Shown one piece after another: positions 44,365 to 53,597 of a stretch of 64,000 nucleotides of DNA; positions within the stretch are counted from its first letter, which is position 1, and every line of letters starts with the position of its first letter. The stretch spans positions 1 to 64,000 of the IMG/VR virus record IMGVR_UViG_3300046798_000124; one strand, written 5' to 3'. The DNA is from a virus. The notes beneath the pieces were generated by a model, which saw nothing but the letters and a program-made list of their open reading frames with translations, was not told where the DNA came from and searched no databases. Made by a program: the position numbers and the translations under genes.

Positions 44365-45413
44365 GTGCGCCTGCCCATCGACCGGAGAAAACAAGCCCGG
44401 CGACCCGGCCGAAACTGGAGCATTTCGGTGCGATCATCAACGAGTTCATCTCGATCTGGAAAACGCCGGGCAAGATGATCTCAGCGCCATGGGCACACCC
44501 GCGCGTTCTCCACTTCGACTTGCACGCGGCCACCGGTCATGGCGTTGAGGGGCGGGACGGCAGTGCGTTGATCGCACTCCGCAACATGCTCGCCCGAGAT
44601 CTCTCTTTCGAGTCGTTTCTCTTCGAGCAGAAGCGGTACAAGTGCGACGCGCTCCGAGAGAACATCGTGGCGATGCTTCAAGAGCATCGCGAGGCGGTGG
44701 TGGAGGGTCCGTTTCGCTCGTATCTCGGCCACACCGCGAGACGCACACCCTGTATCGAAGTGTGCCCGGTCTGTCACCCGTCGGATCTCGCTGCCTGGAT
44801 CGACGACCACGCCCACATCATCATCGGCGACCACAATGAGACCATCGATGGTGTCCTGGCCGATCTCCGTGGACGACTGAGGAAGCGCGCCTACGGCCTG
44901 GTCGTGGCCGACCCGTACGGGATCAGTGATCTCGGTCAGGAGCCGCTCATCAAACTATCGCGGGAGCCACTTCTCCAGCGCGTCGATCAACTCGTCAACG
45001 TGGCGACGACAGCCGCGAAGCGCGGCGGCTACCAGCCGGCCTACGACCTCCTCGCGCCCATCCAGAAGACACGCCGCCTCGTGCGCGAGACGTTGCCAGG
45101 CGGCGTCGATCACGGCTGGAACTGGACGATGTTTCTGTTCTCAAACTGGCGTGCCGTGCCGGCGTTCATCCGCCTCGGATTCCACGACACGCAATCACCG
45201 GAGGGGAAGCAGCTGCTGGACCGCTTCGGCCTCACCGAGCGCCAGCGCAGAGGTGTGACCTCAGCCCCTTTCGCGATGACGCGGGGTACCGGAGCTACGC
45301 CGAGTACCTCGCCCACCCCCGGTTTCGGGCCGTGCGAGCCGATGTCTTCGCCCGCTGCGGCGGCCTCTGTGAACGGTTCGACCGCACCCGAGCCTCAGAG
45401 GTCCATCACGTGA
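44361..45413 (+). CDS. tcmP: three-Cys-motif partner protein (TcmP-like, SAM-dependent methyltransferase fold)
   Basis: FDLHAATG...GSALIAL, IGDHN, VADPYG; adjacent to DUF5131. Confidence 0.7.
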   Translation: MSAPAHRPEKTSPATRPKLEHFGAIINEFISIWKTPGKMISAPWAHPRVLHFDLHAATGHGVEGRDGSALIALRNMLARDLSFESFLFEQKRYKCDALRENIVAMLQEHREAVVEGPFRSYLGHTARRTPCIEVCPVCHPSDLAAWIDDHAHIIIGDHNETIDGVLADLRGRLRKRAYGLVVADPYGISDLGQEPLIKLSREPLLQRVDQLVNVATTAAKRGGYQPAYDLLAPIQKTRRLVRETLPGGVDHGWNWTMFLFSNWRAVPAFIRLGFHDTQSPEGKQLLDRFGLTERQRRGVTSAPFAMTRGTGATPSTSPTPGFGPCEPMSSPAAAASVNGSTAPEPQRSIT

Positions 45414-45505
45414 GATACCCGCCGTGGGGCACATTCGACACCGAAGAGAACCTGCTTGCAGTCTGCCGCCGTTGCCACTGCGAGATCCATGGGAAGGACG
45501 CATGA
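45266..45505 (+). CDS. HNH nuclease domain in -1 frame, joined to TcmP by probable programmed frameshift
   Basis: YAEYL..PRF...R..VFARCGGLC...EVHH..Y.......ENL.AVCRRCH..IH; no full-length start; stop overlaps ATG 45502. Confidence 0.75.
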   Translation, partial: PFRDDAGYRSYAEYLAHPRFRAVRADVFARCGGLCERFDRTRASEVHHVRYPPWGTFDTEENLLAVCRRCHCEIHGKDA

Positions 45506-46926
45506 CGGTACAGCTCGCGGTGCTCAACAGCCAGGTCATGACGGTCGAGGATCAACTTGCTGAGAGCGAGGCGATCATGGAGCGGGGGCTCTCGAGTTTC
45601 CTTGAAGTCGGCCGTGAGTTGATGAAGATCAGGGCTCACGAACTCTACAAGACGAGCGGCTACCGGAGTTTCTCCGACTACCTGATGGCCCGCTGGCCCG
45701 ACTTAGGGCGGGCCTACGCTGATCGTGTCATTGCTGCAACAAGGGTCGTAGACAACCTCGCGCCAATTGGCGGCACATTACCCGTAAGCGAGTCGCAAGT
45801 CCGACCACTGACGGTTCTTGAAGCACCTGAGCAGCTTGAAGCGTGGCAGCGTGTTTTGGAGAAGACCGGCAAGAAACCCGTCACCGCCAAGCTGGTCGAG
45901 CAGACGGTCGAGGAGTTGAAAGCCGAGATCGCCGCCCGCATCGAACCCGAAGAGGACGAAGCGGAAGAAGAGACACCGGACCTCGATCACCCGCCGATCT
46001 ACCACGACGATGAAGAGGACGATGAAGAGGACGAGGAGGGTGTCCCTGAGCCTGATGCCCCGGACGCCGAGCCCGAACCCGAAGAGACGCCGTTGCTGGT
46101 CCTCCAGGTTGTTGCCGAGCAGGCTCCAACTATTCGTCCCTACTACGACCTTCCCGCCTGGGAGGCGCTCTCGGCCGATGAGCAGCAGTGGGTGATTGCA
46201 CACGCCGCCGACAAGAGCGGCGCAGGATTCAATCGGACGAACGATAACGTCGAGTGGGCGCTCTGGACCTGGAATCCCGTCACCGGCTGCAATCATGGGT
46301 GCGACTACTGCTACGCCCGCGACATCGCCAATCGCTTCTATGAGGATCTGCCGGAGGGTGAGCGATTCGCGCCGGTCTTCCGCCCGAATCGACTCCACGC
46401 GCCCCGTCGGATGAAGGTGCCGGCCGCCGCCGCGCGGAATGTCGGCGAGAAGAACGTCTTTACGGGGTCGATGACCGACCTCTTCGGCAAGTGGGTGCCG
46501 CAGGACTGGATCGACGCCGTCTTTCATGAGGTCGTCCGTGCCGAGGAGTGGAACTTCCTCTTCCTGACGAAGTTCCCGCAGCGCCTTGCCGAACAGCAGT
46601 GGCCCGAGAACGCCTGGGTGGGCACGACCGTCGACCGTCAGGCGCGGGTCGCCACCGCCGAGCGGGCGTTCCGAGGTGTCACAGCCGGCATCAAGTGGCT
46701 CTCGGTCGAGCCGATGCTCGAGCGGCTGACCTTCTCGTCGCTGGAGATGTTCGACTGGGTCGTGATCGGCGGCGCCTCCGAGAGCAGCCAGACGCCGGCG
46801 TCGCAGCCACCGACGGAATGGGTCGAGCACCTCGTCCGTCAGGCCCGCGCCGCCGGCTGCCAGGTCTATTTCAAGACCAACCTCGGCTATCGGCCTCGCG
46901 AGTACCCACAGGGAGTGACACGATGA
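45502..46926 (+). CDS. DUF5131 (Gp37/Gp68) radical-SAM-like protein with extra N-terminal helical domain
   Basis: TWNPVTGCNHGCDYCYA, SMTDLF, FLTK, SVEPML, DWVVIGG. Confidence 0.9.
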   Translation: MTVQLAVLNSQVMTVEDQLAESEAIMERGLSSFLEVGRELMKIRAHELYKTSGYRSFSDYLMARWPDLGRAYADRVIAATRVVDNLAPIGGTLPVSESQVRPLTVLEAPEQLEAWQRVLEKTGKKPVTAKLVEQTVEELKAEIAARIEPEEDEAEEETPDLDHPPIYHDDEEDDEEDEEGVPEPDAPDAEPEPEETPLLVLQVVAEQAPTIRPYYDLPAWEALSADEQQWVIAHAADKSGAGFNRTNDNVEWALWTWNPVTGCNHGCDYCYARDIANRFYEDLPEGERFAPVFRPNRLHAPRRMKVPAAAARNVGEKNVFTGSMTDLFGKWVPQDWIDAVFHEVVRAEEWNFLFLTKFPQRLAEQQWPENAWVGTTVDRQARVATAERAFRGVTAGIKWLSVEPMLERLTFSSLEMFDWVVIGGASESSQTPASQPPTEWVEHLVRQARAAGCQVYFKTNLGYRPREYPQGVTR

Positions 46927-47174
46927 ACAGCACGGCGCAGCTTCCCGAGATCGTTGGCATATTCTGGGCGTGTCGTGGCTGCGGCGACGCAGTCTATCCG
47001 CAACGCTGCGAGCACGGAGACAGCGTGCCACTCAACCGGGATGGGACCTGTCACTGGGAGACGTGCCCGGCAGCCGGCCCGGATGGACCACCGGGGAGCG
47101 TGCTGCTCGTGCGACGCTCCGATGGCACATTCCGTCCGTACGCAGCACTCTCGCAGGAGCGGACTCCATCGTGA
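46923..47174 (+). CDS. small Zn-binding protein
   Basis: CRGCG...VPLN.DG..HWETCP. Confidence 0.55.
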   Translation: MNSTAQLPEIVGIFWACRGCGDAVYPQRCEHGDSVPLNRDGTCHWETCPAAGPDGPPGSVLLVRRSDGTFRPYAALSQERTPS

Positions 47175-47536
47175 CGGCGGTCCTGCTCGCGGCGTGGATC
47201 GCCCTGGCCTCAGCCGCCGGCTCCCCGGAGCCGGCGCCGGCCTGGTGCAGCGAGATGAACGTCACGGGGTACGTCCGCTCGGAATATGGGCCGCTGACCT
47301 ACGACGAAACCCCGATCTGGGTCGAGGGTATCGCCGCCGCCAGCTGGAACATCCCGCTGGGGTGGTATGTCGAGGTTGAAGGGGTAGGCATGTTCCGCGT
47401 GGCCGACCGCGGCATGCTCGGCAATTCGGGCTGGGTCGATATCGCCGTCTGGAGCCGCCAGGAAGCCTATGCCTTGACAGGGCGGAAGAACGTCTGTGTG
47501 TTCTCGCCCGACCAGCTGGGGACGCAGGCACCATGA
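47171..47536 (+). CDS. 3D-domain (MltA-like) exported protein
   Basis: Signal-like N-terminus; VTGY...IPLG..V.VEG.G...VADRG....VDI. Confidence 0.75.
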   Translation: MTAVLLAAWIALASAAGSPEPAPAWCSEMNVTGYVRSEYGPLTYDETPIWVEGIAAASWNIPLGWYVEVEGVGMFRVADRGMLGNSGWVDIAVWSRQEAYALTGRKNVCVFSPDQLGTQAP

Positions 47537-47598
47537 AGCCGGCGGCCGGCTGCCCATCCCCGTGGCGCCGGCCGCCGGTCCTCTCGGCCCATCGCTGG

Positions 47599-47760
47599 TC
47601 AGGCCGCGACGCGCTCCGAATGTCGCCACTCGCGCAGCGCACGGCGCAGCAAGTGAACGATGAGGCTGTTGACACTCCGATCGTCTTCAGCCGCCCATTC
47701 GGTCAGTTCAGCCAGCACGTCAGCCGGCAAGCGCAGCAGCTTGTTCGCCATTTCAGCCAT
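47599..47760 (-). CDS. Arc-like ribbon-helix-helix repressor
   Basis: LLRLPADVLAELTEWAAEDDRSVNSLIVHLL. Confidence 0.75.
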   Translation of the reverse strand: MAEMANKLLRLPADVLAELTEWAAEDDRSVNSLIVHLLRRALREWRHSERVAA

Positions 47761-47841
47761 GTATCTAGTGTAGACCACCTTGCCATCTCCTTGCACGGGT
47801 GTGATATCATGACTGTACCACATTCGTATGGAGTCTGAATC

Positions 47842-48636
47842 ATGATCACCGAAGAGCGCGCCAACGAGATCCTCGACGACACTGAGGACGAGGACGAGAC
47901 CCTGGTGGTCACGCCACTCTCGACCTACGAGAAGCTGGCGCTGCCGTTCGACCTGGCCGACCACGCCCGCGTCAACAAGGGGGGCATGGATCAGACGTTC
48001 GCGCCGTGGACGGTGTACGTCGAGCGGCTGAACAGCGTCCTCGGCGTCGAGAACTGGTCGTACCGGATCCCACGCGAGGGGTTCACCGAGACCGAGTGCT
48101 GGGTGCTCGCGGAGATCACCGCCTTCATCGACGGCGCCGAGATCGTGCGCCAGCAGTACGGCTCGGAGCCGATCGTCAAGGGTCGGGACGCCAAGCCGAC
48201 CACCGACCTGTTGAAGTCAACGGCGTCGGACGCGCTCAAGAAAGCCGCGTCTCTGCTCGGCGTCGGCCTCTACCTCTCGATCAAGGAGGAGCGCCTCGCC
48301 ATCGAGCAGGCGATGCGTGAGGCGGTCATGGAGGCTGCCGGGCAGATGCGCGGCGCTGGAGGCCCCCAGAGGGCGCCACAGGGTCAGGATCGGCCTGCCC
48401 CCGCCCCGACCCCGATGCGGCCACCACAGGCCGCTCAGCCGGCGCCGGCGCCGCTCGCAACTGGCGAGCGCGCCAGCCTGGAGAACAAGTACGAGGCGCT
48501 TCGCGAACAGGCTCGCCACACGGGCTTCCAGGCATCCTGGGCCACCGGTGGTCCCGAGCAGTTCAACGACATCCAACTGCCCAAGTACATCAACCTGCTG
48601 GAGCAGCACGTCGCTCGTCAGCGAGTGTCCGCGTGA
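47842..48636 (+). CDS. Rad52/Sak-family single-strand annealing protein
   Basis: ERLNSVLGVENWS...KSTASDALKKAASLLGVGLYL. Confidence 0.85.
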   Translation: MITEERANEILDDTEDEDETLVVTPLSTYEKLALPFDLADHARVNKGGMDQTFAPWTVYVERLNSVLGVENWSYRIPREGFTETECWVLAEITAFIDGAEIVRQQYGSEPIVKGRDAKPTTDLLKSTASDALKKAASLLGVGLYLSIKEERLAIEQAMREAVMEAAGQMRGAGGPQRAPQGQDRPAPAPTPMRPPQAAQPAPAPLATGERASLENKYEALREQARHTGFQASWATGGPEQFNDIQLPKYINLLEQHVARQRVSA

Positions 48637-48826
48637 CAGCCGCTGAGAGCCCTGGACGCACTGAAGGCGCCCCTGCGAGGACGCCCTCAGCCGCGCAGTC
48701 TTCGACGCCTCACCGAGCGCAGAAGAAACCCGTCACGGTCATTCTACCAGGTGAGACGTCCCACGTCGACCAGTGGGAGGTCGCGATGTCCGATCAATGC
48801 GCGCTCTGGCAGCAGGGGGGCAACTG

Positions 48827-49801
48827 ATGTTGGCGCACGAGTACCAGACGGTTCTGCCCCGCCCGTCGGATCGGTTCTCTGCGATGGGGCACCCACTGAC
48901 CGCTGACACCGACGTCTCCGATGCCGAATTCCGCTTGATCGCCGCGATCAAGCGCTACGACTGGCGCGATGGCGTCTGCCGTGCCTCGCAGGCCGTGCTC
49001 GGCGTGGACTGCGGCAAGGACGAGCGGACCGTGCGCCGGCTCGTCCTCGAACTCAAACGGAAGGATCTCCTGGTCGAAGAGAACGACCCTCGCCGCCCCG
49101 GGCGGTCCCGCGTCTATCGCCTCATCGGCGCAGCAACGACACACCCGCAAACTGGCCAACTTTGGCCAGTTTATGATCGAGACGCAGGCACCCAAACCGG
49201 CCAGAAACGGCCAGTTAAAGCGGACGATCCTGGCCAGTTAAAGCGGCCAAATCCGGCCGGGTTAAAGAAGACTCCGGAAGACCGGTTAACACCGGATACG
49301 GCTGCTACGCAGCCGGGCGCCGTCGATGACCCCATCGTGGTGTGTGCTCCACCGACGCAGGCGCCTCAACCAGCGCCGGCGCCGAAGCCGCTCCTGCCAG
49401 TCCCAAAGCCACGCGCCAGACCCGATCCGGTGACGAATCGTCTGGCCTGCGTCATCGACCGTATCCGCGCAGCTGGCCTCAATGTCGCTGTCAGCGGCCG
49501 TGACGGCGCGGCGCTGAAGGACTGCACGGCCGCGCCCGAGGAGATCGCCAACTGCTACATCGCCATCGCCCGGGGAGAGTACGGCGACGCCTACATGCGG
49601 CGCCGGCTGGCGATCCACTACGTCGCCACGGACGCCGTCAACGGCTGGCTGGTGCGTGATCAGGCCCCCACCACACCCACCAGCCCCAGGCCGATACCCG
49701 GCCGCGACGTGAACGCCGCCAGGACCGGCTACAGCGGAAGTCGAAACGGGCCGATTGATCCAACCATCGCTGAGATCTTCGAACGGACCATGGAGACGTG
49801 A
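48827..49801 (+). CDS. replication initiator (HTH, lambda O-like position)
   Basis: CRASQAVLGVDCGKDERTVRRLVLEL; internal iterons; upstream of DnaC-like gene. Confidence 0.75.
   Translation: MLAHEYQTVLPRPSDRFSAMGHPLTADTDVSDAEFRLIAAIKRYDWRDGVCRASQAVLGVDCGKDERTVRRLVLELKRKDLLVEENDPRRPGRSRVYRLIGAATTHPQTGQLWPVYDRDAGTQTGQKRPVKADDPGQLKRPNPAGLKKTPEDRLTPDTAATQPGAVDDPIVVCAPPTQAPQPAPAPKPLLPVPKPRARPDPVTNRLACVIDRIRAAGLNVAVSGRDGAALKDCTAAPEEIANCYIAIARGEYGDAYMRRRLAIHYVATDAVNGWLVRDQAPTTPTSPRPIPGRDVNAARTGYSGSRNGPIDPTIAEIFERTMET
49149..49290. repeat. probable replication origin iterons
   Basis: GGCCAGTTAAAGCGG twice (49209, 49232), degenerate copies, inverted repeat 49149-49172. Confidence 0.7.
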
Positions 49802-50931
49802 CGATGGCAGTGGAACTGACCCTCGTCAGCCAGTCCTTCGCGGAGGTTATCGCCCAGGCACGCTTGACCCCGGAGCAACTGGCTGAGGTCAAAGCTGCTG
49901 CGGCCAACGCCATCGACCCATCCGACCTGTTCGCCGCCGGCCCTACCTCCCACAGCGAGGGTCGCGTCTTCCGCTGCGAGCAGGCCCTCGCAGAGTATGC
50001 GGCTCTCGGCAAGAAGCCACCGAAGGCAACCCTGGTCGAGCACCGGGACTGGCAACGACGCCTTGCTGTCGCCCGTCGGCGCGATCAACTCCACGCCGAG
50101 CGGCAAGCCGTGTTCCCTGGCTGTCTCTGTCTGGGGTTCGGCGGGCGCTATCCGCAGGGCGGACTGACCGTCCAGACCGCCGATGGACGCACCGTCAGTG
50201 ACCCAACCTGGGCCGGCTTCCGCGACCCCTGCCCCTGTCCACTCGGGGTCGAACACGAGGCTCGCACACGGGCACGAGCCACCGAGCTACGAGCCGAAGA
50301 CCAGCAACGGCGCGTCAAGAAACTGGGCTTCGACCTGAAGCTGCCGGAGGGGCTGGGTGACACGCGCACCTTCGAGACCCATCCGGACCAGGAGAAGATG
50401 GACTGGATCAGGCACTGGTATGACGGCCACGGCAAACGTGGTCTGCTGCTCCATGGCCTGAACCAGCGCGGGAAAACCACCACCGCCTACCTCCTGGCGC
50501 TCCAGGCGATTCACGACGGCGTGGGCGTCGTCGGGCTGACCACGGTCGATCTGATGGAGATGCTGACCGACACCTACGACCACGATCACCGCCTGAAGGG
50601 CGACCCCGATCAGCCACCCCAGTACACCCACCAGACCCTCATCAAGTCGCTCCAGGTTATCCCGTTCCTGCTGCTCGATGATCTCGGTGTCGAGCCGTGG
50701 TCCGACCACACCGAACGGTCGCTGTACCAGATCCTGAACGTCAGGGATCTTCCCGGTTTATGGACGGTGATCACGACGAACCTCACCGGGCGGGAAGTCC
50801 TGAATCGCTACGGCAATCGTCTGGCGTCGCGCATCGGCGCCCTATGCGAGAACACGCGCTTCGGCGGGGCGGTCGTTGGACCGCTGGCCGATGCCCCGAT
50901 GCGCATGGACCCACAAGAGCCACCGTTCTGA
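49798..50931 (+). CDS. DnaC/IstB-like AAA+ helicase loader
   Basis: HGLNQRGKT, LLLDDLG, ITTNL, RYGNRLASRI. Confidence 0.85.
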   Translation: MTMAVELTLVSQSFAEVIAQARLTPEQLAEVKAAAANAIDPSDLFAAGPTSHSEGRVFRCEQALAEYAALGKKPPKATLVEHRDWQRRLAVARRRDQLHAERQAVFPGCLCLGFGGRYPQGGLTVQTADGRTVSDPTWAGFRDPCPCPLGVEHEARTRARATELRAEDQQRRVKKLGFDLKLPEGLGDTRTFETHPDQEKMDWIRHWYDGHGKRGLLLHGLNQRGKTTTAYLLALQAIHDGVGVVGLTTVDLMEMLTDTYDHDHRLKGDPDQPPQYTHQTLIKSLQVIPFLLLDDLGVEPWSDHTERSLYQILNVRDLPGLWTVITTNLTGREVLNRYGNRLASRIGALCENTRFGGAVVGPLADAPMRMDPQEPPF

Positions 50932-50942
50932 CTGGAGATCGC

Positions 50943-52241
50943 ATGACGACATCGCTGGCCCCGTACACCACCCCACCCACCGGCCTCGCCGCCGCCGACC
51001 AGCTGGGCCTGAGTGGCCGGCTGGTCGGTGACCACTACACCCTGCCGGCCGACACCCCGGTCGAGGCCTGGCTGCTGGATGGCGAGGTCCTCCAGTCCAT
51101 CGAGAAGCGGGTCGGGTTCTGGATCGGGGACTGGCTCAGGGCCGGCGAGGACCGCTACGGCAACGCCCGCTACACCCAGGCGCTGCAAGCCACCGGCCAT
51201 GCGTTCCAGACCCTGAAGAACGCCAAGAGCGTGGCCGGCAAGTTTCCCGTCGAGGACAGGGTTCACGAGGGCCTCGCGTTCGGCCACTACTCGGCCGCGT
51301 CGGGTCTGCCACAGGCCGATGCCCATGAGCTTCTCGAAGAAGCGGCCGAGCTGAAGCTCTCGACCAAAGATCTCCGAGACCGCGTCCGGCACCGCCAGGA
51401 TCAGATCAGAGCGGCTGAGCATGCCCAGAAGCCGGTCCCGAGGACGGAGATCGGCGGCTGCGACCTCTGGGTCGGGGACGCCTTGAGTCTGACGCTGGAC
51501 GATGGGGTGGTGGATCTCATCGTCACCAGCCCTCCCTACGCCCTGAAGAAGGCGTACGACGGCGCCGGCGACCTCCAGCCGCACTCCTGGTTCGATTTCA
51601 TCACCGCAAGCTGCGCCGAGGCCTACCGCGTGACGAAACCGGGTGGCCGCTTTGCCTTGAACATCCCACTCGACACGACCATCGGCGGGTGCCGGCCGAC
51701 CTACGCCGAGGCGGTCGCCGCTGGCCTCGCTTCTGGTTGGAAGTACCGCTCCTCCATCGTCTGGATCGATGGGCACCTCGGCAAGTCGACGGCCCGTGGC
51801 TCGTTCGACCAGGAGCACCAGGCCGGTACCGCAGCCTCCCCGTCGATCATCGCGCCGTCTGAGATGATCATCCTGTTCTCCAAGGGGGCCTGGTGGCGCG
51901 AGACGCCGCCGGACCGACCCTCGTACATCGACAAGGACGACTGGATCTCGTGGACCAACGGCTGCTGGTACTTCTGGGGTGAGAAGACCCCATGGGAAGA
52001 GCACCCGGCCCCGTTCCCCGAAGAGCTTCCCACCCGCCTGATCCATCTGCTCTCGTTCCCCGGCGACCTCGTTCTCGATCCATTCCTGGGAAGTGGAACG
52101 ACGGCAGTCGCCGCCATGAAAGCCGGCCGACGGATCGTCGGGACCGACATCAGCCAGACCTACATCAACAGCAGCCTGCGCCGCGTCGCCACTCTCCTGG
52201 AGACCCACCCTGGCCTGGACACCATGACCGATATGTCATGA
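50943..52241 (+). CDS. N4-C/N6-A DNA methyltransferase with LmbU-like N-terminal domain
   Basis: VTSPPY, HPAPFP, LDPFLGSGTT; N-terminal FWIGDWL..GE.RYG. Confidence 0.9.
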   Translation: MTTSLAPYTTPPTGLAAADQLGLSGRLVGDHYTLPADTPVEAWLLDGEVLQSIEKRVGFWIGDWLRAGEDRYGNARYTQALQATGHAFQTLKNAKSVAGKFPVEDRVHEGLAFGHYSAASGLPQADAHELLEEAAELKLSTKDLRDRVRHRQDQIRAAEHAQKPVPRTEIGGCDLWVGDALSLTLDDGVVDLIVTSPPYALKKAYDGAGDLQPHSWFDFITASCAEAYRVTKPGGRFALNIPLDTTIGGCRPTYAEAVAAGLASGWKYRSSIVWIDGHLGKSTARGSFDQEHQAGTAASPSIIAPSEMIILFSKGAWWRETPPDRPSYIDKDDWISWTNGCWYFWGEKTPWEEHPAPFPEELPTRLIHLLSFPGDLVLDPFLGSGTTAVAAMKAGRRIVGTDISQTYINSSLRRVATLLETHPGLDTMTDMS

Positions 52242-52367
52242 GGAGATCGACGAGGCCCGAGTGACAGGTTGGGTCGGTCAGGGGTACCGACGACGGTACG
52301 CGGCGCATCACAAGCAGCGCCAGGGGTCCGGGAATTTTCAGCCCGGCCCCGGTGAAATTTCAGATTC
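52225..52367 (+). repeat. dispersed intergenic element, copy 5
   Basis: TGACCGATATGTCATG...CAAGCAGCGCCAGGGGTCCGGGAATTTTCAG. Confidence 0.7.
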
Positions 52368-52378
52368 GGAGGACCACC

Positions 52379-53035
52379 ATGGCTCGACTCGACAGGCAGT
52401 TTGCGGAGTATCGCCGCCAGGCCCTCGCGTTCCCCGTCACGCGCGCAAACCAGCCGATCCTCCCGAAGATCGAGTTGCCCGGGTTCATCGCACTCGCATT
52501 GTCGGTAAATCTCTGAACGGACGCAATGTCAGGCCAACCGGTCTGGCTGGCGAGCGTGTCTCGCCGTTCACCCCTCCACCCCAGCAAGGCGATCTCGACC
52601 CAGCTCTGGCCGAAGCAGGCCCGCGATGAGGCCGAAGGACATCTCCTGCGGCTCCTGGGTCCAGCCGGCAACCCCGAGCGCGAACGGCTGTTCCGCATGC
52701 AAGTGACGATGTGCCTGCACCGAGCGTTGACCGACGAGGAGGTCGACCGGGCCGGTCCCGCCCTGCGGACCGACCTCCCGACCGATCTGGCTGGCGGTCC
52801 TGTCGAGATCCTCCGCGAGACCGAGGAGGGGCTTCTGACGACGAAGCCCTGCCACAGTCCGAGCCGGGTCAGCCTCGACCCCAGAGACCCGCTGCTCTGG
52901 ATCCCCTTCGACTGTGCAACCTGTCCACCCTGCCTTGCGCGCAAGGCCTTGCAGGAGGAGCGTGACCAGCTGAGCGGGGCTTGCCCCGTCTACCTGGAGG
53001 ACACCATGCGCGAGCGAGGGCTGCTACACACCTAG
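52379..53035 (+). pseudogene. hypothetical gene with single in-frame TGA at 52514 (nonsense or recoded)
   Basis: GGAGG-ATG 52379 is in frame with ORF 52526-53035. Confidence 0.55.
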
Positions 53036-53043
53036 GAGGCGCC

Positions 53044-53313
53044 GTGGCTCGTCGGACACCACCACCAGCACCAGACCCGATCAGCGTCGGTGACGTGGTC
53101 GAGTATGCCGGCCACCAGTGGGAGGTCCTGGTCCGCACGGTCTCCGACGAGACAACCGCGCCGCCGACGGTCCAGCTCAGGCTCACCCGCCGTGAGGAGC
53201 AGAAGGCATCCACCCCGTACGGGAAACCGCAGCGCTACAAGACCGTGCCGGTCTACTGCCTCGCCGACGCCAGGCGGTGCCGGCTGGTCGCCCACCAGGA
53301 GGGGTTGTTCTGA
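53044..53313 (+). CDS. hypothetical protein
   Basis: AGGAGG RBS. Confidence 0.55.
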   Translation: MARRTPPPAPDPISVGDVVEYAGHQWEVLVRTVSDETTAPPTVQLRLTRREEQKASTPYGKPQRYKTVPVYCLADARRCRLVAHQEGLF

Positions 53314-53597
53314 TGCCCAGGAAGGCCCACGCCCAAGGCCTGACCATACTGGCGACCAGGCGTGACACCCCGCGCCCCGCCTCGGTGCCCTGGTGGCTCG
53401 TGGTGGGCCTGTGCGCGCACGGGACGAGCCGGCAGAACGTCGCGGCGGCGTCGCCGGCGGCGATCCGCGCCCGCCTGGATGGGCTGACGGGCTGCCATCG
53501 TGTGCAGATGTCACCGCCGGCCGGGCTCTCGTCGCCCTGCCGCTGCTCGCTCGTGCGCCTGCTCGCCGACGAGGGGGAAGGAGCGAAGGATGCCTGA
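53313..53597 (+). CDS. small Cys-containing protein
   Basis: TGATG coupling. Confidence 0.5.
   Translation: MPRKAHAQGLTILATRRDTPRPASVPWWLVVGLCAHGTSRQNVAAASPAAIRARLDGLTGCHRVQMSPPAGLSSPCRCSLVRLLADEGEGAKDA

Noticed and set aside
47786-47800. Second target for the IS-derived guide (CTCCTTGC)
   Set aside because: Only about 8 nt match and no TCAG motif adjacent.
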